DNA from: Eledone cirrhosa
Lineage: Eukaryota
NCBI GenBank assembly: GCA_964016885.1
Contig: OZ024741.1
Location: forward strand, 65,348,001 to 65,412,000
Length of the DNA: 64,000 bases
Reading direction: 5' to 3'
The translations under genes and the position numbers were made by a program. This document shows, in pieces, positions 12,174 through 25,869 of this stretch (the first letter of the stretch is position 1; each line of letters starts with the position of its first letter). The notes beneath the pieces are model-generated. The model ran no database searches and had not been told where the DNA came from. It saw only the letters and a list, made by a program, of their open reading frames with translations.

Positions 12174-12366
12174 TGTGGTGGATTGGCAGTATCGGTAGAG
12201 GGTCTGACGCCATGCTTTGCAGCAAAGAGTTACGGCCCTTTATGGTCTGAGTTCAAATCTCGTCGAGGTTAACTTTGCCTTTCATCCTTACAGGGTCGAT
12301 AAAATAAAGCTCCAGTAATACACTGGGATAATTGCTGGCCTTGTGCCAAACGTAGAAACAATTATT
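12174..12366 (+). mobile_element. Full-length SINE, dominant family
   Basis: A box, B box, core and tail as in other copies. Confidence 0.85.
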
Positions 12367-12428
12367 TACTGTGGTTACCCCCCCCCCCAGCCCCGATTTC
12401 ATTCGGTATCTTTCTCTCTCTCTCTCAT

Positions 12429-12536
12429 CCGGAGCTCAGCCGTCGGGGTCCTGACTCTTTTCCTATATATATATAGAAAAGAGTCAGGATCCCATCGGCT
12501 GAGCTCCGGCCGTTTCGACAGCTAGATCTGAACTGT
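12429..12536. mobile_element. Two hairpin-family half units inverted around a short (TA)n
   Basis: ccggagctcagccgtcggggtcctgactcttttc-c(ta)n-gaaaagagtcaggatcccatcggctgagctccgg. Confidence 0.6.
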
Positions 12537-12551
12537 ATATATATATATACA

Positions 12552-13059
12552 CAGTTGTCCCCCGGTATTCGCGGAGGTTAAGTTCCTAGAGCATCCACGA
12601 AGTGCGAAAACCCGCGAATATTGGACGTGGTCCATAAAATGCCTATAAACGTCGAAATATAACGTAAGATATAATACAAAAGAGGGAGCGTCTTATGTGA
12701 AGGGGCGTCCAATAGGCCAGCAAACACGGCAGTATCGGTAGAGGGTCGGACGTCATGCTTTCCAGCATAGTTACGTCCCTTTACGATCTGAGTTCAAATC
12801 CAGCCGAGGTTAACTTTGCCTTTCATCCTTACGGGGTCGATAAAATAAAGTACCAGTAATGCACTGGTTAATTTCTGGCCTTGTGCTAATAGTAGAAACA
12901 ATTATTATTAATAATTTAGCGTTAAAAATATATATATTGCCACGAAAAAAAACATTAAAAAATCGTGGAAGATATTTACGAATCCGCGAATATACGGTGG
13001 TTTCCACGAACAATTATTAGTTAGGTTCTAAGGAAAATTCCGCGAATGAAGGGGGTACA

Positions 13060-13062
<3 letters not shown>
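12552..13062. mobile_element. Tigger/pogo-like MITE with nested SINE (12727-12910)
   Basis: Termini cagttgtcccccggtattcgcgga / tccgcgaatgaagggggtacactg|ta and internal ccgcgaat repeats. Confidence 0.65.
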
Positions 13063-13138
<76 letters not shown>

Positions 13139-13485
13139 CACTCATACATAAGAACGTATGTGAGTAGCTGTTTACAATTGGTCTTGTTACATGCTTTTAG
13201 TCAGGTTGTTTATGAACAATACTATCATTATAAACAATAGCACCACCAACAGCAGCACCACAACCACCGAGATCACATCAATACTACCAGCAACAACAGG
13301 CAGGGACTCAAGAGAAATTTTGCAAAGCACTACAAGACCCCTTTGAGGCCTGAAGCAGGCAAAGATTTTTCTCAAAATGGATGTTGCATGGTTGCTGTGG
13401 GGTCTTCTTAGCTCTTGGACCCCGAAACAAAGTACCGACTCCCCCCCCCCCCCTCTCATAGGCTCTCACAGCAGGAGCACCACAA

Positions 13486-13665
13486 ACATCTCCACCAGCG
13501 ACTCTAACATCTCCACCAGCGACTCTAACACCTCCACCAGCGACTCTAACATCTCCACCAGCGAATCTAACACCTCCATCAGCGACTCTAACATCTCCAC
13601 CAACGACTATAATACCTCCATCAGCGACTATAACACCTCAACCAGCGACTCTAACATCACCACCA
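13486..13665. repeat. 21-bp minisatellite, about 8 units (aacatctccaccagcgactct)
   Basis: Direct inspection. It explains the SDSNIST repeat of ORF 13377-13823. Confidence 0.85.
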
Positions 13666-13710
13666 CCAGTACCACAAATAACAACATCACTAACACTATC
13701 AACACAACAA

Positions 13711-13891
13711 ATAATTGTTTCTACTTTTTGGCACAAGGCCAGCAATTACTCAGTACATTACTGGTACTTTATTTTATCGACCCCGTAAGGATGAAAGGCA
13801 AAGTTAACCGTAGCAGGATTTGACCTCAGATCATAAAGGACGTAACTCTATGCTGCAACGCATGGCGTCCGACTCTACCGATACTGCCAAT
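13711..13891 (-). mobile_element. SINE, dominant family (partial older copy at ~13915-14020, +)
   Basis: Core and tail match the family. Confidence 0.8.
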
Positions 13892-14031
13892 CAACACAAC
13901 TAATAATATCAGCAACCGAAGTCAACTTTGTCCTTTATCCTTGCGGGGGCGATAAAATTAAGTACCAGTCAAATGTTGTAATCGACATTTTCATCCCACA
14001 AATTGCTGGTCTTGAAACCATTACCATTGTA

Positions 14032-14222
14032 CAGTGTCGGATTTAGGACACATGAGGCCCTGTGCTAGTTAAGTTATGAGGCCCCTACTTGGGCCCTGAA
14101 AGAGGTAGGCTCGATAAAAGATTTTTTTGGCAGATGCCCCCCCCCCCCCCCCATCCCCCCCCCCCCAGCCAACGGAGCCCTGTACTTAAGCACAGCTAAG
14201 CACAATGGTAAATCCAACACTG
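14032..14222. mobile_element. hAT-type MITE family A, 8-bp TSD
   Basis: TIR cagtgtcggattta / taaatccaacactg, TSD ccattgta/ccactgta. Other copies at 23530-23702 and 41596-41761. Confidence 0.8.
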
Positions 14223-14257
14223 CCACTGTAACTGTTACAGTGTCTTCATCATATGTA

Positions 14258-14600
14258 ATGGAATGGACCTCCAGTGATTTCGACGATGAGTGTTCCAGTT
14301 GCTAATCAAGAGAACAACCTGCTCATATAGGTGACCGAGTATTCCACAATCACGTGTTCTCTTGATGTAATTCTCAGGAAGATTCAGTGTGAGACACTGT
14401 GTTCTTTGAATTACAGGTACAGTAGTACTGTAATCAATCCGACGGACTTCCAAACAGTTTCCATCTATCCAATTTCGCTCAAATGGTAAAGATCGACTCG
14501 AGACTACAGTAAATTATACATGCTTCAGCTGCGATGAGATGAGATCGAACCCGAGACCTGATGATTGCGGAGCCAATTCCTTAACAATTCGACCATGCTG
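14258..14600 (-). mobile_element. Old composite SINE (tRNA head + ggaaactg..gaag body + long shared tail)
   Basis: B box gggttcgatc on the minus strand. The tail aattctcagg..gattcagtgtga is shared with 23835-24155 and 62712-63056. Confidence 0.6.
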
Positions 14601-14747
14601 CGAGCAAGCACATACTTAGTACTATGTTTACCATGACTGCAATTGTTATCACATTAACCAATACAAACACCATGATTACCACTATCGGCATTACTATTAG
14701 CCCTCTTCTTCATACTATCGCCATAAAATACACTTTAAAATACACCC

Positions 14748-14925
14748 TGGGCCGAATTTAGACCTTGAGGGACCGGAGCACTTCAGGTTTGGGGGCCCCC
14801 TCATACACCAAACATTAGGATACACAGCACCCCCGCCCCAATTTTACATATCAAAGTCAGCTTGTCGCAAGTAATTAGAATAGAAAAGTTATATATATAG
14901 GTATTAAATGCAAAAAATCTAACCA
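14748..14925. mobile_element. hAT-like MITE family B, partial
   Basis: Matches 41124-41440 and 42465-42690 (atacacagca...ttttacatatcaaagt.agctt...caagtaatt). Confidence 0.6.
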
Positions 14926-15215
14926 TCTTCATTTTATGTCCACTTTCTACATTGGCATGTGTTAGACATATCGGAGCGATCTCATCCTGCTCCTACATTA
15001 CATATTTGGTATGGACGCCCTTCCTAACATAACAACTTGTTTACTGGGTGCATTGTTTTGCGATGCAAGGCACCAACACTAACCATTTACAGAAGGTACT
15101 GAGTGCGTTTTATCACGACACTAATACTAAATAGGTCGTCACATGCTCGGCCAGACTAAAGCGTTCCCTTAAACACTATATTGTCTTGTCTTCATTTGAT
15201 TGCCAAATACTGTAG

Positions 15216-15409
15216 CAGACCTATCAACTCTCCCCGTCCGACAGGGACGTCTCCCATCACTTTGGGGTGGGTGAGAAATGCCTTCTCTTGTGAAAATGGG
15301 TATAAATTTCCTTATGTAAAATCTCCCTATTCTGCTTCTTTTCTCCCCGTTTTGGGGCACTTTTTTTAATGGTATTCCCCGTTTGGGTTTTTAGAGGTTG
15401 TCAGGTCTG
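15216..15409. mobile_element. hAT-like MITE with 6-bp TSD
   Basis: TIR cagacctatcaac / gttgtcaggtctg, TSD ctgtag on both sides. Second copy at 61190-61375. Confidence 0.8.
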
Positions 15410-16395
15410 CTGTAGCCTTCAATCCCTCACCATGCTTACTTTTAGTGTCTCACTACTTGTACTGGTGGACATTGTACATATTATGGCATATCAGTCAACT
15501 CGGTCTTATGTCATCTCTTTTGTCGGGTTCAATTTCTTGATGTCATTCTTTACAACTTCGTCCCATCTTTTCCTTGATTTTCCATTTCTTACGTTTGGTA
15601 CTTTTTTTTTTAATACAACTCTCGTTCTCCAGAGGAGAGCACAAATGAATTGTTACGGCCATCGCTGGTTGGCGCCCCCGCCGCCCACTACAGGGTCTCC
15701 GTGGCAATTGCCTCCTTTGCCCCCATTAAATCTGGCCATGTCTTCACCTCCTCATGTCCATCATCATCATCATCACCAACACTATACGCTTTTAATATTT
15801 CGTTGATAATTCCAAATCACCACTGTTAACCCCCCCCCCCCCCAATCATCATCATTACAATAACACTTTCCTTACATCCATCATCAACATTATAATCATA
15901 GTCATTGTCATTGTTTTTGTTCGTTGTCGTTGTCGTTGTTGTTGTTAGTGTCTTCGTCGCCGCCGTCATAATCATCGTCTTTCCATTCATTACTATGGTT
16001 GAATTCTTTAAAAAATGTGTGTGTGTGTATACATGTATGCATGTGTGTATACATGTATGCATGTGTGTGTGTGGCCATTACTATAGTAGTACTATAGTAA
16101 TATTTGTTGTAGTCGTAGTATTTGTAAAAATAGTAGTATTTATAACAATAGTAACAGTAGTGGGTGTTAAACCGCAGATCTATCGTGATCGAATCGACTT
16201 ATGTATGATCAGAGCCGTTCCAGTCATGATCATCCTATCTTTTTTCGTTTTTGTTTTCTTTTCCAGACATAGTGTATCTATGACTACATTATCCAACGTG
16301 TGTTTCTATTTATTCCACTACGTCGGTTCATTCATGTAACAATAGTAATTTAGTTAGTAACAGTAGTAATTAATTAACTAATTATTTGTACTTAC

Positions 16396-16617
16396 CAGAG
16401 AAGCGCGTCCCACGGGTTGTGACCTCCGTCGGTTTTTGTAACGAGTAGCCTTTTGTAGAAATTCCGGGGGGAGGTCCCCGAGGGTCTCCGATCCTTCGCT
16501 ATCCTCTCCTTCATCGGATATGGGGAACAACCCTGGAGGACCTCCGTATGAATGTCGTCTGCTTTGAGCAGCATAATATTGTCGTTTGGCCAAAAACTCC
16601 CAGCCACATAAGTTCAT
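16396..16617 (-). CDS. Probable first coding exon (74 codons) of an unidentified host gene running off the left edge
   Basis: Non-repetitive ORF MNLCGWEFLAKRQ...RRHSYGG...RRRSQPVGRASL, start context aaaacATG, strong donor CTG|GTAAGT at 16396/16395 (phase 0). Confidence 0.7.
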
Positions 16618-16745
16618 GTTTTTGGGAGGTTTGGGAGTTTTTTTAGGGGTTTGCGGTGGTTGAGACAGTGTGACGGTTTTTGTTGTTGTCTGAGTGTATA
16701 GTTATCTACCCCCGAAGTTTAATGGGGGCAGAAAACTACACTCAA

Positions 16746-16779
16746 ACGACTGACCGTTGAGAGGGTTACGTTATATAGA
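16746..16779 (-). promoter_or_regulatory. Candidate core promoter: TATATAA plus Inr TCAGTC
   Basis: Minus-strand TATATAA at 16777-16771 and TCAGTC at 16753-16748, about 135 nt upstream of the ATG. TATA-Inr spacing is slightly short. Confidence 0.4.
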
Positions 16780-17001
16780 TGTGAATTTATGTGTGTATAT
16801 ACGTGCATGTATATATTAGAACATGATCTCTGTTTAAAGAATTGTAATAGGTATGTATGTGAATATGTGTGTGTATTAAATACCTATCTAGCTACATTAA
16901 GGTTTGTTTGTGTGGTGGACTGTAAGTACATTTTGTATTAAAACATATCTATTTGAAACTTGAAACAGGTGTATATATATATGTATGTATGTTATGAGTA
17001 A

Positions 17002-17072
<71 letters not shown>

Positions 17073-18342
17073 AAAGAGAGAGACAAGATAAATAAGAGAG
17101 AGAGAAGGAGACAGGATAAACAAGAAAGAAAAAAGAGTGAGAGAGAGATGTTTCTTAACGTTCGAATGTGTACAAATGTTGTAAATATATATATTTTTTG
17201 TAGTAAACACACATGTAGTTCATATGTCACATGCTTTTAAGGCGTATACAAGATTGCCTACTACCACAAACTGTTCCTCGTTATCAATTGAGAGGTGTGT
17301 GTCTGAATGATATGGTGGGAGTGAATGATGTGCGTAAATGTGGGTGTGTGTGTTTTGGGGGAATGTATGTGTCTGTGTGTTTGTCAGTGAATGATTTGTG
17401 TGTGAGTGTGTGAGCTTTTTGTAAACTGCACGGGTTACAAGTTTCAGATACGATTGTGTGTGAGAGTGAGAGTGTGAGAGTGTGTGTGCATATGTGTGCA
17501 CGTTTATGTACGTGTAAATGTATGTATGTATGTATGTATGTATGTATGTATGTATGTATGTATGTATGTATGTATGTATGTATGTATGTATGTATGTATG
17601 TATGTATGCTTATTTGTTTATTTGTGTGTATGTGTGCGTGTCCTTCTAAAGAGATATTTGTAAATATCTGCTGTGTATGTATGTAAGCGCGCGTGTGTGT
17701 AATGGTATATTTTGCCGTGTCAATTTATGCATGTTTAAATCTGTTCGTACGTGTGTCTTTCCAATTAGATCCCAGTAAATACACGTAGTGTGTATAGATC
17801 CGTCTGAATAGATACCTGTAGTCATGTATGTATGTGTGATCTCATGTTTGGGATGTGTGGGATTTTATGGTGTATATATGTAAATAGACATCAAACTGTA
17901 TGTGTGTGTGGGGGGTCGCTTCTAAAGTTCGTGTCAGAATTCGCGTACGGACATGTGTATGTATGTATGTACATGTATACAATGTTTACATAGATCTATA
18001 TACTCGTGCGTGTAGAAGCGCGGTACGTATAACACTGCCAACTGTTTTACAGATATTTATGTGTGTGTATGTACGTAAGCATATCCAACATAATAACGTT
18101 TTTCATATCCAACGAATACCCTCAAACCATTGGTGTACAGGTACATATACATACACACGTACATAAATGCATACATAAATACATAGATACAACTCCGATA
18201 ACAAGATAGTCGCGTCATTTAGTTTGCTCCTGTAAGTTTTCAAGTTTTAATGGGTTAGTTTTATCGATAGCACATACATATTAGAGATAAAGAGAATGTG
18301 GGATATTGATAGATAGATAGTTAGAAGAGAGATAGATAGAAG

Positions 18343-18376
<34 letters not shown>

Positions 18377-18948
18377 ATGGAGAGAGAGGGAGAGAGAGAG
18401 AGAGAAAGAGAGAAAGAGAGAAAGAGAGAGAGATTGCGAAATCAAACAAGAGATTGATTCTGAGAGAAAGGGAGGGAGAAAGTAAGGCGTAAACAGCGAG
18501 AGCTGGCTGTAAAATTAAGATAAACAGCAAAACTAAGATAGAGAAGAAAAGAAAGAAGAGAGGAATAAGAGAAAAATAAAGTAAATGATATGTGAGCGAG
18601 AGGATAATATATATGTATATTATATATATATTATATGTATAAATATACTTACACACATACATCTATTTATATATAATTATATCTGTATTTATAGATATAT
18701 ATATGCATATGTGATATATATATTATATATTTGCAATGCGAACACATGTATACTTGTATCAGTGTTTATCCCTATCATATATTCATTTGTATTACACGGC
18801 TCGGAAATATTCCTTTCTTTGAGCTATTTAATTGTAAAAGACTATTTGAGTTTATAACTCTATATATAATATATATAAATGAAGTAATTCCGTCGGAAAG
18901 GTCCAGGAAAAAAGAGTGCTCTATGTAGGTTACAGAGCTTATTAGTTA

Positions 18949-19044
<96 letters not shown>

Positions 19045-19178
19045 AGGGTTGACGGACCCAGCATATTTATCAATGCCAGTACCGGTTGTATCTCAGCGCA
19101 CTCAATGGGCAATGTAAGAAACATTACCAGAGTATACACATAGTTATTTGCCTCAACACAACACACGTAAATCGGGTG

Positions 19179-19231
<53 letters not shown>

Positions 19232-19267
19232 ATGTGATATATATATCATATATATAGAGAGAGATAA

Positions 19268-19428
19268 ATGTTTCTATTTTTGGCACAAGGCCAGCAATTA
19301 TCAGTACATTACTGGTACTTTATTTTATCGACCCAGTAAGGATGAAAGGCGGGATTTGAACTCAAATCATAAAGGAACGTAATTCTATGCTTCAAAGCAT
19401 GGTGTCCGACCCTCTACCGATACTGCCA
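19268..19428 (-). mobile_element. SINE, dominant family, internally deleted
   Basis: Lacks the aaagttaacctcggc segment found in other copies. Confidence 0.75.
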
Positions 19429-19459
19429 TATATATATATATGTGTGTGTGTATGTGTGA

Positions 19460-19669
<210 letters not shown>

Positions 19670-19774
19670 AAACAGAGAAGACTATTAAATTAAGATATAA
19701 TTAAAATGAAACTGAGAAAGATAAGAATGAAATGGAAGAGAAAAGTTAGAGAGAGAAAGGGAGAGAGATAAAAA

Positions 19775-19885
<111 letters not shown>

Positions 19886-20199
19886 TGAAAGCGTAAGGGT
19901 GAGTGAGAGAATAAATTGTTTGAAGCGAGAGACTGATAAGAGAGATATTGAGAGATAAGACATGAAGGAACAAGGGAAAGAGAAAAATAAGTCTTTTGGT
20001 TGTAATATGTACGATTATATAAAGAGAGTGTCCCCCAAAAATGTATACACACTTTAACAACATTCAAATAAATATTGCCTGTACAAGTATTCAAAATGTA
20101 TATACATTTTTGGAGGACACGTTGGCAAGTCACTGATGAGGGACTAATTTTATAATATGTAATCCATGTGCAACCATGTAGTATTCTTCTCACCATGTT

Positions 20200-20241
<42 letters not shown>

Positions 20242-20371
20242 TTATATATATATATATATATATAATGTATGAGTAATATGAAAGACGATTGTTATATAAT
20301 TGGCGCTAAGAAGTGAAGTGAGAAAATAAAGTAAGAGAGAAGCGAATCTGAGATTGAGATAGAAAGTAAGA

Positions 20372-20566
20372 AATAATTGTTTCTACTTTTGGCACAAGGC
20401 CAGCAATTACCCAGTGTATTACTGGTACTTTATTTTTATCGACCCCGTAAGGATGAAAGGCAAAGTTAACCTCGGCGGGATTTGAACTCAGAATGGCAAG
20501 GGCCGTAACTCTATGCGTCAAAGCATGGCGTCCGACCCTCTATCGATACTGCCAATCCACCGCCCT
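20372..20566 (-). mobile_element. Full-length SINE with 17-bp TSD
   Basis: TSD agaaagtaagaaataat (20361-20377) / agaaaataagaaataat (20567-20583). Confidence 0.85.
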
Positions 20567-20606
20567 AGAAAATAAGAAATAATGGTAACGAGAAACAATG
20601 TAAAAA

Positions 20607-21142
<536 letters not shown>

Positions 21143-21899
21143 ATGAAGATGAGTAAAATGAATATAGAGAACTAAAGATTTAAAGAAAGATGAGGTTAAA
21201 AAGATAGAATATAAAAAAAAATGATTCAGAAAAAGAAAAAAGGGGGGAAAAAAGCAAGAAAAATAGAATGGGAGAAAAACTGAAAGAGACAAAAAGAGGG
21301 AGAGTAGAGGACACTCTATATGGAACTAGTACAGAGAGACGTAGTAGGCAATCCTAAAATCGAAGAAGCAGACGATAGTTTGGATAATACTCCATTGATA
21401 AAAATTCTCTCTGTAAAAGTGTTGTGATACATTGAATAAATCAACTGAAGAAGATTTATGCAGAAGAAGATGATGATAGTGATGATGGCAATAAATATGA
21501 GGAGGATGTGGAGGATAAATCAATCATATACTTTGGCTTTTCACGGAAGACAATGGTGGCTATGATGATGGTGGGGGTCTTGCTTTTTACACCTTTTTCT
21601 TTATGTATATATATTCTTGCCACCCCCGCCTAGTTGTTTTACATATATCTTTCTGTGATGTTTTATGTCTCCTTCACAATATATATACACACACATACAT
21701 ACACACATAAACACACACATACATATACACACACATACATAAACATACATACACACATACACACACATACTTACATACACACATACATAAAGATATATGC
21801 ACACACAAATATACATACATACTAATAGATAAACAAGACGAACACAGTTACAATAACACACACACATACAAGCGTACACATATATACATATACGTAAAA

Positions 21900-22228
21900 G
21901 GCGCATGACTTAATGGTTAGTGAATTGGGTTCACAATCGTGAGGTTAGGAGTTCGATTCCTAAACCTGGTTATGATGTTTGTGTCCTTGGGCAAAATACT
22001 TTATTTCACGTTGCTCCAGTTTACTCAGTTGTAGAAATGAGCTGCTGCGTCACTGGTGCCAAGCTGTATTGGCCATTACCTTTTCCTTGGACAACATCGG
22101 TGGTGTGGAGAAGGGAGACTGGTATGCATGGATGACTACTGGTCTTCCACAAACACAGCTTGCCTGGACTTGTGACTCGGTGGTGGTGGTGCAAAACCCA
22201 TGGTCATTCATGACCGAAGAGAGTCTTT

Positions 22229-22230
<2 letters not shown>
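21900..22230 (+). mobile_element. tRNA-derived CORE-like SINE, family 2
   Basis: A box tgacttaatggttag, B box gagttcgattcc, CORE-like tgtgtccttgggcaa...gaaatgag. Tail shared with 32960-33211. Confidence 0.75.
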
Positions 22231-22288
<58 letters not shown>

Positions 22289-22307
22289 AGAGAGAGAGAG
22301 AGCAGGG

Positions 22308-22340
<33 letters not shown>

Positions 22341-23324
22341 TTATAGCATTAGTCAGTTTCCGTTAGAGTAATCAATTAATTTTATTATGTAACAAGAATC
22401 AGAGGTCGGTTACAATAGTGTTTTACTCAACGGTCGAATTATTTCTTTTGGTAAATTCTGTGGCAGTTCCACTAAAGGGTCCAAGTGTAACAATTTTCGG
22501 AGTATATAAAATTACAAAATTATCATTTAAAACATCACAACCCAGAAGAGTAGGAATAGCATTTATTGCATAACACTGACACGTGTTTCATTGTTGTCTA
22601 ACATATCAATCTAGCATCGCTAATATTTGACTATTTCAATCAAATCAAATCGAATCGAATCCAACTACTTAAAAAATCATATGTTGACACAACAAATTTT
22701 CAAAGTGGATTGTGATGTTTTAGATAATAATTTTGTATTTATATATATAATATAATAAGGGTTTCGACCGATATATAATGATTTCAATCTCGTTGTTTAC
22801 AATTTGCTCAATAAATTCACATGGAGCACACGCATAGGATTAATTGTAAGACAACATCCTCGGCCAGAAGCCTAAGTTATGAGAACAGTGTAGTTATTGT
22901 ATCGACAGATTAACAAACGAAAATTTACAGTATTGATAATTTCATCAATTGAGACAGCCGGTATTCTCCAAGTGAGCACACAAAAATCCGCCGGAGTATA
23001 AAATCCACATCTAAGCTGGTACCATACTGTTTCAAATTCCGTTGAAAATCTGCTTGTAATCGATTAATAATAAATCTATAACTAGCAGTCGTTTGAGCAG
23101 TTTTTTTAAATCGACCTTACTATTAGATTTTCAAGTCGATGCCGGTCTCCCGCGTGCGGTATTAACTCTTAGTTGGTCAGCAAATGACAGCTGATGTTTA
23201 CAGTTTATTTCTTGGAAGTGTTGGGTATCGTCGTTGTGTATAGCCACATGGGTGAGGTTGAAATAGTGGGAAATTGTAGCATTAGTGAGAAAGAGAACAG
23301 AGGATTAGAAACGAAAGGATAAAT

Positions 23325-23467
23325 ATAATTGTTTCTACTTTGGGCACAGGGCCAGCAATTACTGGTATTTTATTTTAGCGACCCCATAAGGATGAAAGGC
23401 AAAGTTAACCTCAGCGGGATTTGAATTCACAACGCATGGTGTCTGACGCTCTACCGATACTGCCAAT
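23325..23467 (-). mobile_element. SINE, dominant family, internally deleted
   Basis: Core and tail match the family. Confidence 0.75.
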
Positions 23468-23529
23468 AGGATAAATATAATGTAGTGAATTATCTTACTC
23501 TTTCTTCGTTGGATATCTCTCAATGTATT

Positions 23530-23702
23530 CAGTGTCGATTTTACCATTGTGCTTAGGTGTGCTTAAGCACAGAGCCCCGTTGGCCGGGGGTGGGTGGGTG
23601 GTCATCTTCCTGCATAACTTTTTTTTACTTCCTTCAGGGCCCAAGTAAGGGGCCTCATAACTTAACTAGTACAGGACCTCATTTGTCCTAAATCCGGCAC
23701 TG
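23530..23702. mobile_element. hAT-type MITE family A
   Basis: TIR cagtgtcgatttta / taaatccggcactg, TSD aatgtatt/aatgtatc. Confidence 0.8.
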
Positions 23703-23722
23703 AATGTATCACTTTCTCGACC

Positions 23723-23783
<61 letters not shown>

Positions 23784-23834
23784 GTATACATACATGCACG
23801 CAATCACACGCATGCACGCACACACACACACACA

Positions 23835-24155
23835 CGTACTGGACCTTCGTCAGTTCTGATCACAAGTGATCAAGTTAATTCGATCAACAGAACAGCCTGC
23901 TCATGAAATCAACGTGCAAGTGAATGAGTATTCCATAGGTGTGTGTACTCTTAACCCAGTTCTCAGGGAGATTCAGTGTGACACAAGTTCTGACAAGGAT
24001 AGCCCTATGAATTGCAGGCACAGCAAATTTTTGTCAACTGAGTAAATTGTAGCAACATAAAATAATGTGTCTTGCTCAAGGACACAACTTGCCACCGGGA
24101 ATCGAACTGATAGCCTTTCGATCATGAACCAGACACCCTAACCATTAAGCCACAC
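23835..24155 (-). mobile_element. CORE-like SINE with long shared tail
   Basis: Minus strand gtggcttaatggttaggg...gttcgattcccgg...tgtgtccttgagcaagacac. Confidence 0.7.
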
Positions 24156-24368
24156 AGTTTCTATTGTTTTCTTTCTCTACTTCTTTTCCATCATTTTCTT
24201 CAGGTTTCTCTTTCTCCGTCCCCACGTTTCTTCTAGTCTTTCTCTCTGTCTTTCTCGACAATAATATCACACACCCCTTCCCACCCTGCTCTTTCTTCCT
24301 TTTCTTTTTTTTCTATTATTCTCACTGACTCAATTTGATCTCTCACTTTATTTCTCTCCCTATCTCTT

Positions 24369-24464
<96 letters not shown>

Positions 24465-24584
24465 TCTCTCTCTCACTCTGTGTTCTTGTCCTTGTTGTTA
24501 TTCTTATTTCTCTTTTTCTTTTCCTTCCTCTGACCTTTTTCTTTTTATACCCTCCCCCCTCTCTCTCTCTCTCTATATATATAT

Positions 24585-24682
24585 ATATGAATAAATTTAG
24601 TCCTTCATCAGTGATCATTGATGAAGGACTAAATTTATTCATATGTAACCCATTTGCAACCACGCAGCACGCCATGTTTTCA
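24585..24682. mobile_element. Spacerless 60-bp palindrome (24585-24644) plus tail, between TA runs; probable Penelope-type terminus
   Basis: atatgaataaatttagtccttcatcagtga|tcattgatgaaggactaaatttattcatat (1 mismatch). The tail matches 20131-20205. Confidence 0.6.
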
Positions 24683-25474
24683 TATATATATATATATGTG
24701 TGTGTTTGTTTGTGTATGTGATCGCTGTCCACTCGATTTCGAGTATCACCATAATCTGATCCGTGTCAATTACGCTTTATGAACCTCCAAAGGAGCAACT
24801 AGAGTTTGTGTCACTCTTCATACTCCTCTCGCTACCCTACGGTCTTTCAAGTCCGTCAACGAATTGCACACTTTATTGTATATTGGACAATGTTGGTTAG
24901 TTGCATTTACATGAATGATGTTAGTTGCCTTTGTAACAAATAGTAAACACACATGCACGCACGCACGCACACATACACACACACACACACACGCACGCAC
25001 GCACGCACGCACGCACACATACACACGCACACGCACATCATACATGATTAAAGATTTTATTCCTGGCAACACCGTTCTTCTAAGAACTTCGGTATTTGGG
25101 ATATGTGACTTGTTCTCAGCGTAAAGGGTGTGTCATCGACATCTTTGATGAAAAGGTTCCAGTAATTGACATGGTGTTTATAGATAGCACATGTTTTCAC
25201 TGACGTACGGAAGATCTCTCAGAACGCAGTCTTTGTTTAAAGAAATTTTGGCCGCCATCTTGAGATCATGTTTGAACCATTGTCACTTTTCAAGACTTGA
25301 GAAGTATCTTAATACTTTTTCAAAACATTCATTATCTAGAGCTGCTGCCCTCTATATGAGCTGTCCAAAGAACATCGTATTTCTATTTACAGAGTAAATA
25401 TATTTTTTTCATTTTTATTTGGTTGATTAAATTTCTAAATATTTGCCTGTTTGTTTGTCTTAGATGAAAGGGAA

Positions 25475-25697
25475 AGGGCGGTGGATTGCCAGAATCATTA
25501 GTGTGTCGAGCAAAATGTTTTGGAGTATTTATTCCGGCTCTTTACGTCCTGAGTTCGAAATCCCGCCGAGGTCAACTTTGCCTTTCATCCTTTCAAGGTC
25601 GATAAAATAAAGTACCAATCACATACTGGGGGTTGATGTAATCACATTTCCCCCTCCCTGTTAATTGTTGGCCTTGTGCCTAAATTAGAAATCATTA
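25475..25697 (+). mobile_element. SINE, older subfamily
   Basis: gggcggtggattgcc head, core and tail. Similar copies at ~29160-29332, 30250-30402, 33355-33500, 33950-34120, 40495-40685 and 63485-63705. Confidence 0.75.
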
Positions 25698-25869
25698 TGT
25701 GATAGAGAATGTTAAATCTTTCAGCATCATGCTGTTGTTTTTGGACGACAGGAAAAATATATAAATGAAATAAATAGAAAAAAATTGTAAAATATGAGCA
25801 AGAATAATTAATCATCGCTAGCTCGATGATACAAGTCAGGAAAGCGTTGTGTGTGTGTGAGGGGGGGGG

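Noticed and set aside
13377-13823. 148-aa ORF with mucin-like SDSNIST repeats
   Set aside because: 21-bp minisatellite running into an antisense SINE. No splice or homology support.
21900-21965. tRNA-like sequences (also ~26486 and ~32655)
   Set aside because: SINE heads with A/B boxes but no complete cloverleaf, continuing into SINE bodies.
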